Positions 59,383 to 64,000 of a stretch of DNA of 64,000 nt are shown here, one piece after another. Position 1 is the first letter of the stretch. Every line of letters starts with the position of its first letter. The stretch is from Desulfobacterales bacterium (GTDB lineage Bacteria > Desulfobacterota > Desulfobacteria > Desulfobacterales > UBA2245). The stretch covers positions 248,001 through 312,000 of the forward strand of contig JAXGZF010000005.1 of NCBI GenBank assembly GCA_040771865.1, read 5' to 3'. The notes under the pieces were generated by a model that was not told the DNA's origin, did not search any database, and saw only the letters and a program-made list of their open reading frames with translations. Made by a program: the position numbers and the translations under genes.

Positions 59383-59447
59383 CATTTATTGAGTTTATAA
59401 GTCCGCGGATGGATCGATATTTCCTCAGGATCTTTATGGATGCTCGT

Positions 59448-60131
59448 TCAGACAAGACCGGGCAGGTAGGAAGAAATAAATCTTCTGACCGATTCTTTTC
59501 CACGGAAAATTCCAAAATGCCCTTCACAGAGTATGTCGGCGTTCAGACTTAAAAGAAATTCGAGCGACCTCGCGTATGCCTGAGCATCGGATTTCAGATC
59601 CTTGTGCAGGGGACCATGGACGTCCTGTCCGAAGAGCACTTTGAACCCGTTTAATTCAGCCGTATAAACCAGAGATCCCGGAGAGTGCCCCGGGCAGAAA
59701 TAGGCAATGATCCGTCCCTCTCCCACCGTAAATTCAGCCTTCCGGGCATCGATCTTCTGATCGATTGCGATCCTGTTCTGTACGGTGCCGTACCATTCGG
59801 CGGCTGTGGTTAAACCATCGCCGGTTTCAAGAAAGACCGCATCATGGGCGTGTGCGACGATCCTGCACCCGTAATGGTTTCGAATGCCTTCCGCGCCTCC
59901 GGCGTGATCGTAATGGCAGTGGGTCAGGAAAAGGTATTCGACGTTCGTTTCGAAGGGCAGACATGCCGAGATGTTCCGAACCAGCCGGTCATGGCATTTC
60001 CCCGTTCCCGCATCAATCAGGGCCGCGTATTTTCCGAATCGAATCAGATAGCTTGCTGCATCTTCGGGAGCGGTTAATCCATCTCCCGCAACCTGCCACA
60101 GATCGTCCATAATTTTCATGCGATCATTCAT
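59448..60131 (-). CDS. MBL-fold metallo-hydrolase
   Basis: LIDAGTG, LTHCHYDHAGG, PGHSPGS, LFGQD, LCEGH. Confidence 0.9.
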   Translation of the reverse strand: MNDRMKIMDDLWQVAGDGLTAPEDAASYLIRFGKYAALIDAGTGKCHDRLVRNISACLPFETNVEYLFLTHCHYDHAGGAEGIRNHYGCRIVAHAHDAVFLETGDGLTTAAEWYGTVQNRIAIDQKIDARKAEFTVGEGRIIAYFCPGHSPGSLVYTAELNGFKVLFGQDVHGPLHKDLKSDAQAYARSLEFLLSLNADILCEGHFGIFRGKESVRRFISSYLPGLV

Positions 60132-60462
60132 CGGGCCCTGAATCCCCTTCCTGGGAAAATTTACAATGTTTTATACTAAGAGGTTTGGCCGAAAGATGCA
60201 ACAAAGTTGAATCAACGCGAAGCTGAATAAACAGGCTGAAGATCGGAAATTTCTCATAGGAATTACAAGGCGATTTTTATTTTACGAGTTTAATCCCCAT
60301 AAAGTCATGCAGTATGGGAGTTTCCCCTATATAAATTGAGCCCTCACCCCTATATACTTTCGTTTTTAAACAGTGCTAAAAGAAAAACATTGGCATCAGA
60401 AAAAAATGAATGGAAGCGCTTTGAGAAGTCATTTTTAATCCCTTACAGAAAGGAGGACGGTC

Positions 60463-60657
60463 ATGATCGCGTCTCCCTGTAAAAGATGCTCTATGAGAAA
60501 TCAGCCAAAGGATCGATGCTTTAAAAATTGCAACATGCTGCAGTCCGTTCAGGAGCTTTACCTGTCTTTTAAAGAGGGAGGGGAATCGGAAATTGCCTCT
60601 GCGATTGACTACTCCGACGAAGGAAGATTCAGTATCAACAGCCGGGCTGCGGTATAG
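60463..60657 (+). CDS. Small Cys-rich hypothetical protein (64 aa)
   Basis: RBS AAGGAGG 6 nt before ATG; CxxC-x9-CxxxC; downstream hairpin at about 60708-60740. Confidence 0.7.
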   Translation: MIASPCKRCSMRNQPKDRCFKNCNMLQSVQELYLSFKEGGESEIASAIDYSDEGRFSINSRAAV

Positions 60658-60745
60658 CCGGAATGTCAGGTGCGTTGATCCATCCTTTCGGTTCGTTCTG
60701 CGCCATGAAAGTCTTCCCGATACAAGGTGATGGACTTTTCTTGGC

Positions 60746-62908
60746 TCAATTCATGTCATCATATCCCTGAACCAGTACCTCTCTGGTTTTGGCGCCGTCG
60801 GAAGGTCCGACTATGCCTTCCTTTTCCATCATCTCGATAATTCTGGCCGCACGATTGTAACCTATTCTCAGGTGGCGCTGAATCATTGAAATCGAAGCCT
60901 GGCGCGTTCGCGTCACCAGTGCTACGGCGTCGTCATAACGTTCATCGTGCGCGTCCGGATCTGAAGGATCTTCCGGTCCGGTCTCCGGCGCTGTAATCAC
61001 GCTGGCGTCGTAATCCGGCGGTGCCTGTTTCTTGAGAAACTCTGTAATCTGTGTGATTTCAGGCTCTGAAATAAAGGCGCCGTGAATCCGTTGAAGGCGG
61101 CCCGTTCCCGGAGGCAGAAACAGCATGTCGCCGTTTCCGAGAAGATTTTCGGCGCCGTTGGCGTCAATGATGGTGCGCGAGTCGGTCTTGGAAGACACCT
61201 GAAATGTCAGGCGCGTCGGAAAGTTGGCCTTGATGATTCCGGTGAGCACATCCACGGAAGGCCTCTGGGTCGCGAGAATGAGATGAATGCCGGCTGCTCT
61301 GGCCATCTGCGCCAGACGGGTCAAAGCAACCTCCACATCCCGGGACGCCACCATCATCAGATCGGCAAGCTCATCGATGATGATCACGATAAAGGGGAGT
61401 TTTTCCGGAAGAGGCTCATCGGCACCGGGCGTTTCCTTTTCAATCTTCTGGTTGTACTGGGCGATATTTTTTGCTTTTTTTTCGGAAAGCAATTCATAGC
61501 GTCTTTCCATTTCTCTGACCGCCCAGTAAAGGGCGTGGGTGGCCTTCTTCACATCGGTGACAACGGGTGTGATCAGATGCGGAATGCCGTCATACATGGA
61601 AAGCTCGATGCGCTTGGGGTCCACCATGATGAATTTGACGTCCGACGGCGTTGATTTGTACAGAAGACTGCAGATCATCGTGTTGAGGGCGACGCTTTTT
61701 CCGGTGCCCGTGGCGCCGGCGATCAGAAGATGCGGCATGCGTTCCAGTTCGGCGGTGACGGGACGGCCTTCGATGTCTTTGCCCAGGCACAGCGTCAACC
61801 GGGATTTGGATTTCTGAAATGTATCGGATACAATGATGTCCCGGAAACGGACAATTTCGCGGACGGCGTTGGGGATTTCGATGCCGATGGCGGCTTTGCC
61901 GGGAATCGGCGCGACAATGCGAATGCTGATCGCCCGCAGGGTCAGGGCCAGATCGTCGGACAGGTTGGCCACCTTGTTGATCTTTACTCCTGAGGCAGGC
62001 TCGTATTCAAAGGTAGTAACCACAGGTCCGGGAATCACCGCAGCAACCTTACCTTGAACGCCGAAATCTTCCAGCTTTTTTTCCAGCAGCCTGGACTTCA
62101 TTCGCAGGTTCTCGTCGTCGGCCGTTGTTTGAACCGGTTCGGACATTTCCAGAAAGGCAACTGAAGGCAACTGCAATCCATCTTTGCCCGTTTCCTTCAT
62201 GAAAGGGAACACTTCCTGTTTGGGGACCGGAATATCTTTGATGGGCTTTAGCTCCGGTGCTTTTATGGTGATCCGGGACTCTTTTGCGCTGGAGGTTGAT
62301 TTTTGCTTTTTTTCTTCGAACTGCTTCCGCGTTCTTTGTTTGCGTTTTTTCCAGATCTGAGCCAAATGATTGAGCTTGTCCGGCGCCTGAGCTGTGGATT
62401 CCGATATGCGCCTGAGAAACTGCATCAGGGAAAAGCCGGTGGCCAGAATCAGGCCGATAATCCAGACAACGATCATGATCATCGTACCGCCGGCCACGTT
62501 GGCGTATTTGGCAAGGAGGGATTTTAACGGAAGACCGACAAGACCGCCCGAGGTGAACCGGATACCGAAAATGACATAGTGATCCTGCTGAAAGGCCAGC
62601 AGACTTCCGGTGCTGATAATCAACAGCATGCCTCCGCCTGCGGTCAGCCAGATGGCGCGAGCCGGATGATCTCCGAAAATGTGAAGGCAGATGAGTAACA
62701 GCAGTATGGGAATCCAGAAGGCGCCCAAGCCGAAAAGACCGATCAGCAGTCCTGAAATGTAGGCGCCGACCACGCCGAACAGATTGTGCACTTTTTGACC
62801 TGCGCTGACATGCAGAAAGGAGGGGTCTTCCGGGCTGTATGAAAGCAGGCTGATCAGACAGAAAATAACCAGAAAGAAAACAACGATGCCGATAATTTCT
62901 TTGCGCAT
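60746..62908 (-). CDS. ftsK: DNA translocase FtsK
   Basis: 4TM N domain, PHLLIAGATGTGKS, DPKRIEL, IIDELADLMM, ATQRPSVDV, gamma domain IQRHLRIGYNRAARIIE. Confidence 0.97.
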   Translation of the reverse strand: MRKEIIGIVVFFLVIFCLISLLSYSPEDPSFLHVSAGQKVHNLFGVVGAYISGLLIGLFGLGAFWIPILLLLICLHIFGDHPARAIWLTAGGGMLLIISTGSLLAFQQDHYVIFGIRFTSGGLVGLPLKSLLAKYANVAGGTMIMIVVWIIGLILATGFSLMQFLRRISESTAQAPDKLNHLAQIWKKRKQRTRKQFEEKKQKSTSSAKESRITIKAPELKPIKDIPVPKQEVFPFMKETGKDGLQLPSVAFLEMSEPVQTTADDENLRMKSRLLEKKLEDFGVQGKVAAVIPGPVVTTFEYEPASGVKINKVANLSDDLALTLRAISIRIVAPIPGKAAIGIEIPNAVREIVRFRDIIVSDTFQKSKSRLTLCLGKDIEGRPVTAELERMPHLLIAGATGTGKSVALNTMICSLLYKSTPSDVKFIMVDPKRIELSMYDGIPHLITPVVTDVKKATHALYWAVREMERRYELLSEKKAKNIAQYNQKIEKETPGADEPLPEKLPFIVIIIDELADLMMVASRDVEVALTRLAQMARAAGIHLILATQRPSVDVLTGIIKANFPTRLTFQVSSKTDSRTIIDANGAENLLGNGDMLFLPPGTGRLQRIHGAFISEPEITQITEFLKKQAPPDYDASVITAPETGPEDPSDPDAHDERYDDAVALVTRTRQASISMIQRHLRIGYNRAARIIEMMEKEGIVGPSDGAKTREVLVQGYDDMN

Positions 62909-62962
62909 GTTTTTGGGCATAATCAAACTGTTTTTCGGGTTCGGTTTACTCAGCGTTCCGTC

Positions 62963-64000
62963 TTATACCTCCAGAATGAACGGCAGAATTACCGGCCGGC
63001 GGCGGATGGCAAAATAAAAATATTTTTTCAGAACCGTTTGCATAGCGGCTCGGATTTTTTCAATCCGGTCCGGAACGTCGGGATCTGTTTTGCCGACGAT
63101 TTCCAGAATTACCTGCTTGGCGTCTTCCAGAAGATGTCCGGTCTCGCTTTCAAAGACAAAACCGCGGGAGACGATCTCCGGACCGTATACCACAATTCCG
63201 GTTTCACGGTCAAAAGCCATGTTGACCACCACGAGGCCGTCTTGTGATAATACGTGGCGTTCCTTTAAAACGCTTTTCCCCACATCTCCGACGCCTTTAC
63301 CGTCGACCAGTATGCGGCCGGTTGACACGCTGTCCTGAATCCTTCCCCCAGCCTCGTCAAATTCAATCACCTGGCCGTCCTCGGCCAACAGAATTTTTTC
63401 GGGGGGTATGCCCACCTGACCGGCCAGACGGCTGTGAAGCAGCAGGTGCCGGTATTCTCCGTGAATGGGAATAAAATACCGGGGCCGGGTCAGGTGAATC
63501 ATCATCTTGAGTTCTTCCCGGAACGCATGGCCGGAAACATGAATCGCGGAGATTTTTTCATAAATGACGTCGGCGCCAAGCTTGTAAAGCTTGTTGATGA
63601 TGTTTGCAATGGCCTTTTCGTTTCCAGGAATGAATTTGGACGAAAGGACCACCGTGTCGCCGGACTGGATCTTGATCCGCTTGTGGTGTCCCATTGCCAT
63701 GCGCACCAAAGCGGACATCGGTTCCCCCTGGCTGCCGGTGGTGATGATGACGATGCGTTCTTCCGGGAAATTTTTGACCTGGTCGATATCGATTTCCATC
63801 CCTTCCGGAATCTGCAGATAGCCCAGGGATCTGGCGATGCTGACGCTGATTTCAATGCTGCGTCCGTTGAAGATCACCTTGCTTCCGGTTTTTTGCGCGA
63901 TCTGAATGATCTGCTGAATCCGGGCGATGTTTGAGGCGAAGAGGGCGACGATCACCCGGCCCGCGCTGTTGTCGATGATGTTTTCAAAGGTTTCGCCGAT
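62963..64000 (-). CDS. rnj: Ribonuclease J; 5' end lies outside the window
   Basis: GRVIVALFASNIARIQQ, TGSQGEPMSAL, IPGNE, IHVSGHA, PIHGEYRHL; frame open to the window edge. Confidence 0.95.
   Translation of the reverse strand: MGETFENIIDNSAGRVIVALFASNIARIQQIIQIAQKTGSKVIFNGRSIEISVSIARSLGYLQIPEGMEIDIDQVKNFPEERIVIITTGSQGEPMSALVRMAMGHHKRIKIQSGDTVVLSSKFIPGNEKAIANIINKLYKLGADVIYEKISAIHVSGHAFREELKMMIHLTRPRYFIPIHGEYRHLLLHSRLAGQVGIPPEKILLAEDGQVIEFDEAGGRIQDSVSTGRILVDGKGVGDVGKSVLKERHVLSQDGLVVVNMAFDRETGIVVYGPEIVSRGFVFESETGHLLEDAKQVILEIVGKTDPDVPDRIEKIRAAMQTVLKKYFYFAIRRRPVILPFILEV

Noticed and set aside
60391..60410. TGGCAT as a sigma54 -24 box upstream of the Cys-rich gene
   Set aside because: No TGC -12 element at the required spacing
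59253..60740. tRNA-Leu as an island integration site
   Set aside because: No integrase and no duplicated tRNA 3' end seen; core genes ftsK and rnj resume within 1.5 kb

Overview
Mostly core chromosome from an anaerobic Gram-negative bacterium. Gene content and order point to a sulfate-reducing deltaproteobacterium such as Desulfobacterales (inference). The window holds about 50 CDSs and one tRNA-Leu(CAA). I saw no integrase, IS, prophage or CRISPR array. Housekeeping genes include holB, metG, rpsA, cmk, hisC, guaB, dnaE, recJ, miaB, ddl, a purD-purE fusion, ftsK and a partial rnj. Envelope genes include lptD, an UpxY/NusG paralog, a transpeptidase-only PBP, kdnA-kdnB (Kdo8N), manC, a DegT aminotransferase, plsB, a MurU-AmgK fusion and NamZ. 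Metabolic genes include a 4-subunit 2-oxoacid:ferredoxin oxidoreductase with a leading P-loop ATPase, an SfMCT-like lactate transporter, PanP, a KamA radical SAM enzyme and MtaD/PNP. I cannot demonstrate a wholly new system. The best leads are: (1) a MurNAc salvage module (fused MurU-AmgK, NamZ, orphan peptide-binding protein); (2) a stand-alone MamI-like membrane protein divergent from plsB; (3) a structured non-coding leader upstream of a DRTGG-RseC pair; (4) a small Cys4 protein with repeated upstream boxes; (5) kdnAB downstream of an orphan antiterminator. All family assignments come from motif recognition and recalled sequences, not database searches.
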